Part shown: positions 23,629 to 36,169 of the stretch, piece after piece | Position numbering within the stretch: position 1 is the first letter of the stretch | Layout of the letters: each line of letters begins with the position of its first letter | Source of the DNA: Macrostomum lignano | Lineage: Eukaryota | Reading direction: 5' to 3' | Length of the DNA: 64,000 bases | Assembly (NCBI GenBank): GCA_002269645.1 | Contig: NIVC01000525.1 | Span: 511,539 to 575,538, forward strand | The notes under the pieces: model-generated | What the model was told of the DNA's origin: nothing | What the model saw: only the letters and a program-made list of their open reading frames with translations | Databases searched by the model: none | Program-made: the position numbers and the translations under genes

Positions 23629-24609
23629 AGAAAACAAAAGACAATTGAAGTTTTATGATGGGTTTCGGCCTTTTCGGCTCCTTTGGGGAAGCCTTCGGGC
23701 CTCAGATCTGTTTTGTCTGTTTGGCAAAGCCACTCTCTCGTTCCCTGAAGTTCCGCTTTTGTCTATGTCCTATCTCTCTGCAGGCATTCTAGAGCATAGA
23801 ATACCGCTCCCTTTTTTTGTTTCCCCCAAACATCGAGGGGACGTTCGCTAAACTAAAGAACGCCAAGCAGTTCGCCAGCATTGACCTGCGATCAGCTTAT
23901 TGGCAGATTGAGTTAGATGAGGCGGCTCGTGATCTGTCCGTGATAAATACCTCACGTGGTCTGTACAGGGTGAATCGATTGCAAATGGGTATGAAGAACG
24001 CCTCTTTCATTTTTCAGCCCAAAATGGAGGCCATTCTATCCGACTTGAAAGGGCTGCTGATTTACCAAGATGACATTCTTGTATTCGCTGATAACCATGA
24101 CTCCTTGCAGAAGCGTCTAATGGCAGTCAAGAAACGTCTGGAGGAGAAGCTCGTTACCATCAACGAGGCTAAGTGCATTGACTACTGTGACGAGATTTCT
24201 TTCCTTGGCTTCAAGATCTCCGCTGCTGGCATTCAACCTGATAATCGCCTCGTTGAAAAGGTTCGCCAAATCGCTACGCCCGTAAACAAGCAAGAGGTAT
24301 CGCAGTTTCTGGGTGTCGTCAACTTTTTCGGCCGACTAATCCCAGATTGCACCGCTAAAACACGCGCGTTAAACAACCTTCGTAAGGCTAGCACGGCGTT
24401 TGTCTGGGATTCCAGTTGCTCTGAGAAATTTGAAAATCTGAAGCCTGAGATAAGCTCCGCTCCTGTTATAAGGCCGTACAGTTTAGAGAAACCTGTCACC
24501 TTGACTACCGATGCCTCCAAAGGTGCCGTGGCTGGCGTACTCACGCAGGAAGGAGAAACCTGTCACCTTAACTACGCTCTCTCTCTCTGTCTGTCTCTCT
24601 CTCTCTCTC

Positions 24610-25426
24610 GACAGCCAGCACGATCGCAGCATCTAGCAATGAGCCCACGGCAAGCACGAGCACGGAGACCAACGCCGACTCGGTAGTGGACGGCGGCGCG
24701 ACGACCATCGGGGACGTGGCAGCGAGCGCCGATGCGACGATCAGCAACGACCCCTCAGCGGCTGCGGTTGCGGCTTCGGACGGCAATCCGGCGGCAGGCG
24801 GGACCACCGAAGTCGCCTCACCTGAGAACGGCTGCACGTCGGCAGCTGACGACCTCTTTGTGACCCCGCCTCTTCCACGGGTGGGACTGCCTGCTTCACC
24901 TGCCAAACGCCGCTTACCATCGCCGGACTCTGAAGACTCCCCTGGTGGTCCGGAACGCCACAGGCCGCATCTGAATGACTCACCCAGCACCTTTGAGCAA
25001 CCTGTTTCGCTCATCATCAGCAGGGACTGCCGGAACCTGGTACTCTGCCCAAAGACTTTCGAGGGCCTCAAACTGCCGGCAATCACAGAGGTACATGAGT
25101 ACTCACTGTCAGCCTTACCATCTCTACTGTGGTCGGCTGCCCTGCGGAACCGGCAATGCGCTCGGTCAACGGTGCTGGTCCTGCCGGACGAGCTGTTTAG
25201 CACAGACCACTGGCGAGAGTCGCTCTCTGAGGCTATCGATCTACTGAGAGCGGACAGTCTGGCACGTAAGATTCTTCTGGTTCCGCCCTTTGCCAGCGGT
25301 GAAGAATTGACTCAAATTCTGAGTAAGAAACTCTCACCTGTTACTCTTATTGCCTCTCCTCCTCTTAAACCAATTGTATCCTTCTCAGCGCCTGACTTTA
25401 TTCTGGCGCTGCAGCTTCCTGGCTGA
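24610..25426 (+). CDS. Upstream ORF of the Penelope-like element (Ser/Thr/Ala/Pro-rich N-half, globular C-half)
   Basis: The frame is open from the (CT)n tract to TGA at 25426 and overlaps the RT frame by about 77 nt. Confidence 0.5.
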
Positions 25427-27669
25427 GAACTTTAAACTAGCTGACTACTGTAGGCCTCCCAAACTGGAAGGCAACATTTTAAATCTACACCCCACCTTCA
25501 AACTCTCCGAGTCTGAGACGAGGCTGCTAGATAGGGGACTCAATTTTATCCCAACCCAAGCCCTTGATTTCGATGATCTGAGGAACTGCATGACGGAATT
25601 TCATCGTAAACTTTTCTGGAAAGACTTTTTCAAAAAGAGGGGTCTCGCCAATAGCAGCCCGCCCCCCTTCACCGGGAAATCAGGGAAGGAGGTTCCCCTC
25701 AGACTTAGAAGGGATGAGTGCAACCTATTGGTACTTGAGAACCAAAAACTGGTAGAGAATTTGACAACGGTACAGATCAAAGGCAACCTAGAGGCACCAG
25801 AGACCAGGGCGATTCAGAGGCTCAAGCGAAACAGCTCCGTCCTTATAAAAAAGGCGGACAAAGGCAACGCAGTGGTCATCATGCACCCTAAGGACTACGA
25901 ATTTGCAGCCTACAACCAACTGTTTGACACTGATGTCTATCAACAGCTGGACCAGCCATTGCAACCCGAGACTGCGGAACTTATTAGGGGGATCTTCCTA
26001 AATTTATGTAACAGAAAGTTCATATCTAAGAAAAAGTGTGCATTTCTTTGTCCCGGAGAGAACTTCCGTCCCCGGCATTTCTACCTGCTCCCAAAAATTC
26101 ACAAGGACCCGGCCACCTGGCTGATCCCCTTTCGGGTCCCAGCAGGCAGACCTATTGTTAGCGGATGCAGTTCTGAAGCAATTGGGGCAGAAAAGTACAT
26201 AGACTTCTTTCTAAAACCGATTGCCCAAGCGCAACCCACTTTCATTAAGGACTCCTATGACTTCAAGGCACACCTTATGGATAAAAGCTGCACGGAAGGT
26301 TCGACTCTGGCAACTTGTGATGTCCAGAGTCTGTACTCCATGATCCCAATAGATCAGGGCATTGCAGCGATCCAGGAATTCTTTAACCGATACCCAGATC
26401 CCGTTAGACCGGATGCTGAGTTAATAAAGCTACTGGAATTGTGTTTTGTACAGGAATGACTTTGAATTTGACAAAATGATTTTCCTACAACTTAGAGGCA
26501 CAGCCATGGGGCGCATATTTGCGCCCAGCTATGCCTGTCTCTTCATGAGCCTCTGGGAGGAAACTGCCCTGAGAACTGCTCTTTATAAGCCGAACATCTA
26601 TTTTAGGTACATAGATGATATCTTCATTCACTGGGATCACCCGGCTGAAGCTCTGACAGAATTTGTTGTACACCTAAATTCAATCAACCCCAACATCAAA
26701 CTCACCGTCAGCTCCTCATCAACTGAGGTCAGTTTCCTTGACATGACCATCAGGAAAGCTGAAAACCGCTTCACAACACAACTGTTTTCAAAAGAAACAG
26801 ACACCCATAGATTGTTGCACCGACAGTCCTTCCATCCGTCACACACCTTCAAGGGGGTAGTAAAATCCCAAATCCTTCGGTACGCTCGTATCTGTGATGA
26901 CTACAAGTCTTTCAACGATGCTTTCAATTCTTTAAAATCGGAACTTAAGCAATTAGGCTACTCGAAGATTTTTCTTAAAAACTGCAAAAAGGATGTCCTC
27001 ATACTTATGAACTGGACTGCGGGACCAACGACCAATCTGGGTCTGCTTCCCAAAGGGTTCCATCCCTGTGGGTCATCCCGCTGCAAATGCTGCACCCACT
27101 CACCGCCTGCTCTCTCCGCCCAGGGACTGAAACCGGCTTCTGGTTTTTTAATCTCTCAGAGCCTGTCCTGTGGCTCCAAGAGCATCATCTATGGCATCTC
27201 CTGCAACCAGTGCCACCCTGGGAAAATCTTCTATGTAGGGATGACTAGAAGAACAATGAGAGATAGAATGAACCAGCACAGGTCAAATATTAACAGGAAA
27301 GTCGTTACTTCGGGGTCAGAGCACTTTCTCACCCCCAATCACTCGATTGCAAACTTTGTCTCCATTGCTATCGAACAAGTTCTTAATAACAACAAAATCG
27401 AACTAAGGGAAGAAATCTGGATTAAAAAACTAGGGACTGACAAACCGCCAGGTACGAACATCAGGGTCGACAATCATCTTCTCCGACCCATCCCAATGGT
27501 CCTTCCTTTTCACCCATCTACGGTCTGGCTTGCCAACGAGATTGCTAAAAACTTTGATAAGCTACAAAATAAACCAGGCTCCCGCATAATGCCCGCATTT
27601 CCACGGCAACGTAACTTACAGAGCCTCCTGGCTCCCAATAAGTTCAAGTCTCAGCCAGGAAACATTTAA
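25350..27669 (+). CDS. Penelope-like reverse transcriptase / GIY-YIG endonuclease with one +1 frameshift near 26446-26459
   Basis: KKADKG, FYLLPKIHK, GRPIVSG, CDVQSLYS, GTAMG, FRYIDD, FLDM, CGSSRCKCC, IYGISCNQC...YVGMT and RMNQHRSNI. An extra T in TGTTTTGTAC shifts ELCL to YRNDFEF. Confidence 0.9.
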
Positions 27670-28062
27670 TCATTTTAACCAATGCGCTATTTTTACCCTA
27701 TTGAAGTACAATATTTATTCACTTTGTCATTTATTTTATTTTATTCAAACTGCTTAATTGTACACTCAATATTGATTTTTATGCTCCTACCCCCAATAAC
27801 GGCATTTCATCTAATCGTATAGTATCGCATATCGTATAGCACTTAGCATATAGCATAAAGCACTTCGAAATAACAATTTTTTTATAACAAATATACTGTC
27901 GTTTAAAGTTAATGGTGGAAAGCCTCTGGGGCAAGTTAGAGCTAGGCAAAACAGGGTTTTAAATGTACATCCCTCATATGTACAACTACTCATCAATTCT
28001 ATCAGACTAAGAAAAATAATACTTTAAAGACCAACTTGAATTGCATGACACACAGATTTTTT

Positions 28063-28100
28063 GGCCTGACGAAGAGCCCATGGGCTCGAAACCGGTAGCC
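28063..28100 (+). ncRNA. Minimal type I hammerhead ribozyme
   Basis: GGC-CTGACGA-A-GAGCCC(AT)GGGCTC-GAA-ACCGGT-A-GCC: core CUGANGA/GAAA, 6-bp stem II, palindromic stem III, GUA cleavage triplet. Confidence 0.8.
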
Positions 28101-28154
28101 CAGATTTAATTAATTATTTTTTAAAAACGCCGTGACCTCTCTTCTCTCTCTCTC

Positions 28155-28231
<77 letters not shown>

Positions 28232-29321
28232 ACTCCGACCTCCGGCCGCCCACAGGTGGCCGGGTCGGGGCCGCTCTGCCGCCTGGATCGTCGATAGGCG
28301 GTTCCTGGCGGCCATCATCAGCCGCTACTTCGCCTCCTTGGTGGCAAGGTGCCCATGCACACCTCGGCTAGAATTGGTCGCTGGGCGCTTGCACTTATGC
28401 AGTTTGACTTCGAAATTCAATATGTTATTGGTCCTCAAATTCCCCATACCGACGCACTATCCCGCCTGCGTTTCACTAAAGCGTCGCCCGATCTCAAAGG
28501 AAATTTCTGATACGATCCACTGTGTGGTATTCGAAACATCAACCATTGACTCTACGCGTATACTGGCAGAGATGGATTTTGACCCTCTTGTTCACAAGAT
28601 AATTCAGCGCGGTGCGCTCTGGAGACTGGTCGAAGTGCTCTCAGGCGGAATCCCCATTAAAAAAAGTCGCTGATCGCCTTACCATGGAAACCGTCCTGCT
28701 ATTCAAGCAGAGACACATCTTTATTCCGCCTCGCCTACGTTTCAAGGCCTAACAACATTATACACGACACTCACTTGGGCGCGCAGGTCTCTTACAATCT
28801 ACTAGCCTCATCGTGTTGGATTGGTGGCCTGGGATGCGGCTTGATTCCTTTCCAGCGGATCCACATATAGATCGGGTGTATGTAAAGGACATTGGAAATA
28901 TCCTAATTGTAGTCTATACGTTTTCAGGATGGATAGATCGAGCGTTTCCGTCGCGTGACAGATCAGGAGATAGTGTTGTTCGGTCTCTGATTACCGTATT
29001 TTCTCGATTTGGTGTACCTTAACTACTCTTGTCGGACAACGCACTGGGTTTACTGGTGATCCCTTATCCTCATTCCTACGCTCCAAAGGCGTTCGGAAAT
29101 TGGAGTCTCCTACTTACTACCCTCAGGCGAATGGATCGGCGGAGCGAGCAGTTCGTACTGTCAGGACAGCGTTGAGGGCATGGACCGAGCGCGTCACCCA
29201 CTTGGAGTTTCTCCGCTTTTTTCAGGAAATACTTTTCCACCATCGCAATTTGTCAATGTCGCGAGGTAAATGCCCGGCGGAATTGGTCTTTGGCAGACGA
29301 TTGCGCGTGCCCGTGGTCTCA

Positions 29322-29839
29322 ACTACATATCGTGCAGTTGGAGCTGGGTTTTCAGATGTTTTGACGCAAAAAACGCAAATTATACTACTATCTGAAAATG
29401 AAGTAAGTAGTATATAAAAACGCTATCCTAAGTGTGATATGTTTAAATATTCATATGTACATTAATCCATATACATTAATCCATGTACTCACAATGCACA
29501 TTAATCCCCAAATTGTATCTGTACATGTATATCCCAATTCTATATGTACACAGTACATACTTCTGCATTAATTAATCTACATGTACAGCGTCATCCCCAG
29601 ACGGTCCGCGCGCACCAAGATTACATGTACAACTCGAAACCCTACTACATGTACAGTTGCACGCAGAGGTGAGAATTACTGTACTATCTCATCTACAAAT
29701 AGTTTCGTCAGGACGCGCTGAAACGTCTTGTCTATATTGATCGTGTGTATGGTACAAGACGCCTTGTCGCGCCTGAACTGAAACGCGTGTACGGGGCCTG
29801 CAGCAGGCCTTATGGCTATAAGCCTTATGGATATGTAGT
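29322..29839. mobile_element. 518-bp non-autonomous TIR element inside the Gypsy integrase
   Basis: Perfect 10-bp TIR ACTACATATC / GATATGTAGT and direct flank GTCTCA at 29316-29321 and 29840-29845. Excision restores VVSPFVQGE. Confidence 0.8.
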
Positions 29840-30998
29840 GTCTCACCTTTCGTTCAGGGGGAGACGCGGTCCACTACAAGCCGCATGAACACATGAATCG
29901 TCGTCTGGCACCCCCGCGACCTTTGTGATGACTGCGGGCAGGAACACGGTGTGGGTTCTCGCCGACAATCGGTTGCAGTTAGCTAGCACTAATCAGCTGG
30001 CGCCTCAAAACCAGCCTTCAGACGCCAATGATGGGAAGATGCTGTTCCAACATCCAATGCAGACGAGCCGCCCGAAGACCAACAGGCCCATGCAGCTGCG
30101 ACGAAGTTTGCGAGACCGTCGACCGCCCGAGAGATTTACCCCGCGCGTAGAGCATTCTCATGAGTTGCAGTGAACAATAACTACCTTGCCCGTTAACAAT
30201 GAACTGAATAAAATATGTATTCCTGCTCTAATAGTTACCCCAATGCAATTCAATACTTTATTCATATGACCCATACATAGGTCCATGTTTGTGGGCAGCT
30301 TGTGAAGAAGGTGCATGTTGTGCATTGAGAGAATGCACACACAAATCACCTCTTTACAAATTAACGCATTGATGTACTGCTATCAATTCTCTTATTGTCT
30401 GTTTCTTTATGGTCTCGTTCCCTTAAAGTTTCACTTTTGTCTATGTCCTATATCTTCCTGCAGGCATTCGTATATTCCAGAGCACCGCTCCCTTGTTTTG
30501 TTTCCCCTAAAAAATTGCTTGAGCCCTCAAGGCAAATCGACGTCAACAAAAGTGCTCAGCGTTCGCGCTGCTCTGATTCCTAGCAGAGAATCCACATTCT
30601 CCTGACGACTGTGCCCACATCAACGTATATACTTGAACCATCTGAAAAGAGTTCCAAACCGAAAAAGTAACGGTATAGGAGCTTCGTGCCTATTTTAGCT
30701 CAAAAAAGTTAGAGCAGCTTATTTTTCTTAGTTTCTGATTAATTACAAGATTTCTGATTAATTTGAAAGGATGAGAGGAAACAAGAGCATCATCCGCTAT
30801 TCATAGCTCATAATTAATTTCTTTTTGTATATTTATACTGACTGACGCTGGTGCAACAAAACTCGGGGGAATTTTTAGCTTTTGGAAATATTTGCAGAAT
30901 ATATATATATTTTTCATATAATCTCTCAAATTTTTATAAATCTCTTTATTTACAGCAAAAAATCAATAAAGCAATACAACAGCTATCTTCTTCTTCTT

Positions 30999-33900
30999 TC
31001 TTAATACTAAAACTGGTGCGATGATTGTGTGTGTGTTGCGATTTTTCTCCTAGTCTCTTAATACTAAAAGTGGTGCGTTGTTTGTCTGTTTGTGTGATAC
31101 ACATCTCCTCCTAGACGACTTGCAAGTCAGCGTTGAAACTTATATGGGAAAACTGCAAATTTTCCGAGGATGGCAGTGGGCTATTTCAATTTTTTATTTT
31201 CACGTCTTAAGATCCCTGAAAAAGCAGAAATAGTAAAACAATAGGGGAATGTGAACATCTTGCGTAATTTACAATTATTGCGCCACAACAGCCGGCCTAT
31301 CTGTGCAGTGTATTCTTTCAACTGAAGGGGTGTAAGCTGGGCCGGTTGACATCAATTTTAGCGATTGCGCCACAACTGTGTGCACTGAGAACTTAACCAA
31401 ACCCCCCTAAGTTGAGGGTGCTGGGGCGGCAGTGGAATTCAATGAATAAACTTGCAAGCCTTTTTAGCAGGCAGTGCACGTATGCGTACACTCGATAGTT
31501 CAATGCTTTAAATTGGGATATTTCAAACGCCAACTGTTCCTCGAGTTTTGAACACTGAGAGAAGAGACTTATATTGCTGGAAAGATCTTTCAATGCTGAC
31601 TTCGAGGATATAAGTTGTTTGCTTTAAATATGAAAGCAAAAAGCACTCCATTCAAGAAGATATTTCAATACTTTTAACTCTCTGCAAAGATTGTACTCAT
31701 TTTACGGGTTCAATGGGTGTTCGACCGACCCCCCAACAGTTGGGGGGGGGGGGGGGTTGAATTTCTAACCTTCACTGCGTATTGGAAGGGGTCGGTCGCT
31801 GTGTATTGGAGGGTTGATTTAGATTGCGCAATTTTTTTCCTAATTTTACCGAGACTGATACTGAATGACTATGAAATTGGTTGCGCATTTAATTGATTCA
31901 ATTGGTTCAATTTTTTTTATCGGCGCCTTTCAACACGCTGCTGTGTGTAGCTCTAACCCTAACCCTAACCCTAACCCTAACCATTGAATCCTGAGTTTAT
32001 TCCCTTTGACGGAGAAAATTTCGATTGAGTCCAGTTTCACGGAGAGAATTTCAAGGGTTTTCAGTTTCTTGGAGAGGATTTCTGTCTTGCGGAGAGGATT
32101 TCGATGGTTTTCAGTTTCACGGAGAGGATTTCTGTTTCGTGGAGAGAATATTGATGTATTTCTGTTTTACGGAGACAATTTTGATGGATTTTAGTTTCAC
32201 GCAGAGGATTTCCTTGGAGTTCAGTTTCCCGGAGAGGATTTCTGTTTCGCGGAGAGGATTTCGATGGTGTTCAGTTTTGCGGTGAGGAGTTGGATGATGG
32301 GATTCAGTTGTTGGATTTCAGGGAATGGAATTCCGGTGATGGGAGTTCTTCCCCTTTCTCCTCCAGCGGAGGAGTTGGCCTCGTTAATACTAAAACTGGT
32401 GCGATGTTTGTTTGTGTGTTGCAATTTTTCTCCTAAACTACTGGCAAGTCAGCGTTGAAACTTATATGGGAAAACTGCAAATTTTCCGGATTGGGTTTAT
32501 AGCTATTTTAATCTTTCATTTTTACATTTTAAGATCCCTAAAAAAGCAGAAAACTGTTTTTTTAACCCTCAATAACCTTCTTTGGCCACTCTGCCTGGGG
32601 CTGCAGCCAGTTTGTAAAAATAGCCACCCCAACCTCCGCCCGCGGGCCGCCGTGTATTGAGGGGTGGTGGGTGCGCGTGTTCCGCGTTCAATGCAAATAA
32701 CCCCCCCCCCCCTCGCGTGTTGGGGGGTTCAATTAAATTTAACGATTCCCCCGGAATGGGAGGGGGTTGGGCTTGGGCTGAGTGTACATAGCAGTTGTAC
32801 AGTGTAAGGAGATAGCTAGGACTGTGTCGAGATTTAATTGGTTTTATTATCGGCGGCATTCAATAGGCAGCCATGTGTATTTGCTGGGCAGTAAAATTTA
32901 ATGAATAAACTTGCGAGCCTCTTTAGCAGGCTGTGAACGTACACTCGATACTTTAATGCTTTAAATCAGGAAATTTCAAGCGCTAACTGTTCCTCGAGTT
33001 TTAAACTTTCAGAGGAGAGACTTATATTACTGGAAAGATCTTGCAATACTGAGTTCGGGGATATAAGTTGTTTGCTTTAAATGTGAAAACAAAAAGCACA
33101 GCATTTAAAAAACGATTTCCATACTTTTAACTTTCGGCAGTGTACTCATTTTGGAGTTCAATGGGGGTTCGACCAACCCCCCAACAGTTGGTGGGAGGGG
33201 GGGTTCAACTTTTAATTGCCACTGCGTATTGGAAGGGGTCAGTCGCTGTGTATTGGAGGGTTGATTTAGTTTGCGCAATCTTTTTGTTAACTTTTAACGA
33301 GACTGATACTGACTGACTGTGAAATCGGTTGCGCATTCAATTAATTCAATTGGTTCAACACGCTGCTGCGTTGTAGCTCTAACCCTAACCCTAACCCTAA
33401 CCACTAAATCCTGAGAGTTTATTCTTTTTTACTGAGAAAATTTCGATTCAGTCCAGTTTAATGGAAAGAATTTCTGTTTCGCGGAGACGATTTTGATGGA
33501 TGTCAGTTTCACGGAGAGGTGTTTGATGGAGTTCTCTTTTACGGAGAAGATTTCGATGATGTTCAGTTTCGTGGAGAGGAGTTGGATGATGGGATTCAAG
33601 GAATGGCATTTCAGGGAATGGAGTTCCGGTGATGGGAATTCTTCCCCTTTCTCCTCCAGAGGAGGAGTTGGCCTCGTTTAATACTAAAAGTGGTGCGTTG
33701 TTTGTTTGTCTGTATGTGTGTTGCAATTTTTCTCCTAAACTACTGGCAAGTCAGCGTTGAAACTTATATGGGTAAACTGCAAATTTTCCGGACTGGGTTT
33801 ATAGCAATTTTAATCTTTCATTTTTACATTTTAAGATCCCTAAAAAAGCAGAAAACTGATTTCCTAACCTTCTTTGGCCCTTCTGTGGCCACTCTGCCTC

Positions 33901-35226
33901 TCCAGTGGAGGGTTGCAGTCTGTTTGTAAAAATAGCCACCCCAACCTCCGCCCGCGGGTCGCTGTGTTTTGGGGGGGTGGGTGCGCGTGTTCCGCGTTAA
34001 ATGCAAAACCCCGCGTGTTGGGGTTCAATTAAATTTAACGATTCCCCCGGAATGGGTGGGGTTGGGCTTGGGCTGAGTGTACATAGCAGTTGTACAGTGT
34101 AAGGAGATAGCTAGGACTGTGTCGAGATTTAATTGGTTTTATTATCGGCGGCATTCAATAGGCAGCCATGTGTATTTGCTGGGCAGTAAAATTTAATGAA
34201 TAAACTTGCGAGCCTCTTTAGCAGGCTGTGAACGTACACTCGATACTTTAATGCTTTAAATCAGGAAATTTCAAGCGCTAACTGTTCCTCGAGTTTTAAA
34301 CTTTCAGAGGAGAGACTTATATTACTGGAAAGATCTTGCAATACTGAGTTCGGGGATATAATTTGTTTGCTTTAAATGTGAAAACAAAAAGCACAGCATT
34401 TAAAAAACGATTTCCATACTTTTAACTTTCGGCAGTGTACTCATTTTGGAGTTCAATGGGGGTTCGACCAACCCCCCAACAGTTGGTGGGAGGGGGGGTT
34501 CAACTTTTAATTGCCACTGCGTATTGGAAGGGGGTCAGTCGCTGTGTATTGGAGGGTTGATTTAGTTTGCGCAATCTTTTTGTTAACTTTTAACGAGACT
34601 GATACTGACTGACTGTGAAATCGGTTGCGCATTCAATTAATTCAATTGGTTCAACACGCTGCTGCGTTGTAGCTCTAACCCTAACCCTAACCCTAACCAC
34701 TAAATCCTGAGAGTTGATTCTTTTTTACGGAGAAAATTTCGATTCAGTCCAGTTTAATGGAGAGAATTTCTGTTTCGCGGAGACGATTTTGATGGATGTC
34801 AGTTTCACGGAGAGGATTTCCATGGAGTCCAGTTTCACGGAGAGGATTTCTGTTTCTCGGAGGGGATTTTGATGAATGTCAGTTTCACGGAGAGGATTTC
34901 CATGGAGTCCAGTTTCACGGAGAGGATTTCTGTTTCTCGGAGGGGATTTTGATGAATGTCAGTTTCACGGAGAGGATTTCCATGGAGTCCAGTTTCACGG
35001 AGAGGATTTCTATTTCTCGGAGGGGACTTTGATGAATGTCAGTTTCACGGAGAGGTGTTTGATGGAGTTCTCTTTTACGGAGAAGATTTCGATGATGTTC
35101 AGTTTCGCGGAGAGGAGTTGTATGATGGGATTCAGGGAATGGCATTTCCGGGAATGGAGTTCCGGTGATGGGAATTCTTCCCCTTTCTCCTCCAGAGGAG
35201 GAGTTGGCCTCGTGTAATACTAAAAG
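30999..35226 (+). mobile_element. Head-to-tail array of three ~1.3-1.5 kb non-autonomous Helitron-like units (31056-32384, 32385-33677, 33678-35213) plus a 56-bp 5' stub at 30999
   Basis: Each unit starts (TC)TTAATACTAAAA followed by a GTTT/GTCT microsatellite, and ends with a CTCCTCC-N3-GGAGGAG hairpin about 10 nt before CTCGT. Confidence 0.7.
31953..31982. repeat. Interstitial telomere-like (CTAACC)5; also x4 at 33379-33402 and 34675-34698
   Basis: Direct hexamer repeats at the same position in each Helitron-like unit. Confidence 0.9.
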
Positions 35227-36169
35227 ACGATCAGTCAATCTGTTTCTGATGAAAACTATCGCTATATTTTTGGATTTTTATTTTCATTTTTATATTTGAT
35301 CAAAATTGTCCACACACAGACAGAGTTTTGACTTTTATAGGTAGAGATTAAAATAGGATTTTATCTTGATCAAAAGTTTGCATTTCCATAGTGTATTTTT
35401 CGCACAAATCCAGCCCAGTTTTTTTAAAGAAACAATGATAAATCCTACTCTTCTGCTCAAGTCGTTCTAGTATTTTTTTGAAAAAGATATGTAGTGGAAG
35501 TTCCACAAAAATATATAATTAATAGCTGAATATAATTTCTTTTAAAACAGGTGATAACTCCGGACATTTTTAACCTATAAAACAAAACTTTACACTTTAA
35601 CGAAAATTTATATCATAAAGCTGCAAGCAGTAAATAAGTAAGTTGCATTTAAAGCTTTAGATTTCGGATATTTGTTAAAAGTATATTTTAAGATGCTAAC
35701 TCAAACTTGTTTTCAAATGTGCAATAACGCAACAAGCGCTACTAAGCTTGCAGCAGCAAGAACTAAGCCAGTAAGCAGCAGACCAATTTTTATCACACTC
35801 TAACTTCAGCTCTACTTATTTAAATTATTGAATCGCAGAAAACACTTACAATTTGCTTAGGGGCTAGTAACTCCAATTTATTGCTTGCGTATTGATAGGC
35901 CTAATCCATTTGCATTAACGTGATTTTTGCAATCTGTTAAGTTAGGTCATAATTAAACACAACACAAATTTAAGCTTTAAAGGTTTAAATGTAAGGATTT
36001 CATCTGCTTGCTTGAGGCTGGTAAAGAAGAATATTTTGTAGTATTTTCCTTTAATTACAATATTTTTCATATACTAAAACCTATTTAGAATCCTACAACA
36101 TCTATTTAGCTCTTGATTGTTTCATTTTGGATGATTTAGGCCTATCATTAAATTTGACTGAATTTTATA

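Larger units (their letters stand above)
24577..28340 (+). mobile_element. Penelope-like retroelement (RT + C-terminal GIY-YIG, Neptune/Poseidon-type)
   Basis: Upstream ORF, RT and GIY-YIG in order, with a hammerhead motif in the 3' region and (CT)n tracts at both ends (24577-24609, 28136-28229). It interrupts the Gypsy RNaseH with loss of target sequence and no TSD. Confidence 0.88.
23711..30510 (+). mobile_element. Degenerate Gypsy LTR retrotransposon (RT-RNaseH 23830-24560; RNaseH end and integrase 28340-29321 and 29840-30170), split by a Penelope-like element and a TIR element
   Basis: SIDLRSAYWQI, LIYQDDIL, TTDASK, IGRWALALMQFDF, DALSRL, YYPQANGSAERAV and LRRSLRDRRPPERF. Related ~120-bp direct repeats at 23711-23832 and 30391-30512 may be LTR remnants. 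Confidence 0.8.

Noticed and set aside
31393-31593. Short minus-strand ORF inside the Helitron-like unit; another frame has an IERSF motif like hAT C-termini
   Set aside because: Stops occur in the other units and no family can be supported without a search.
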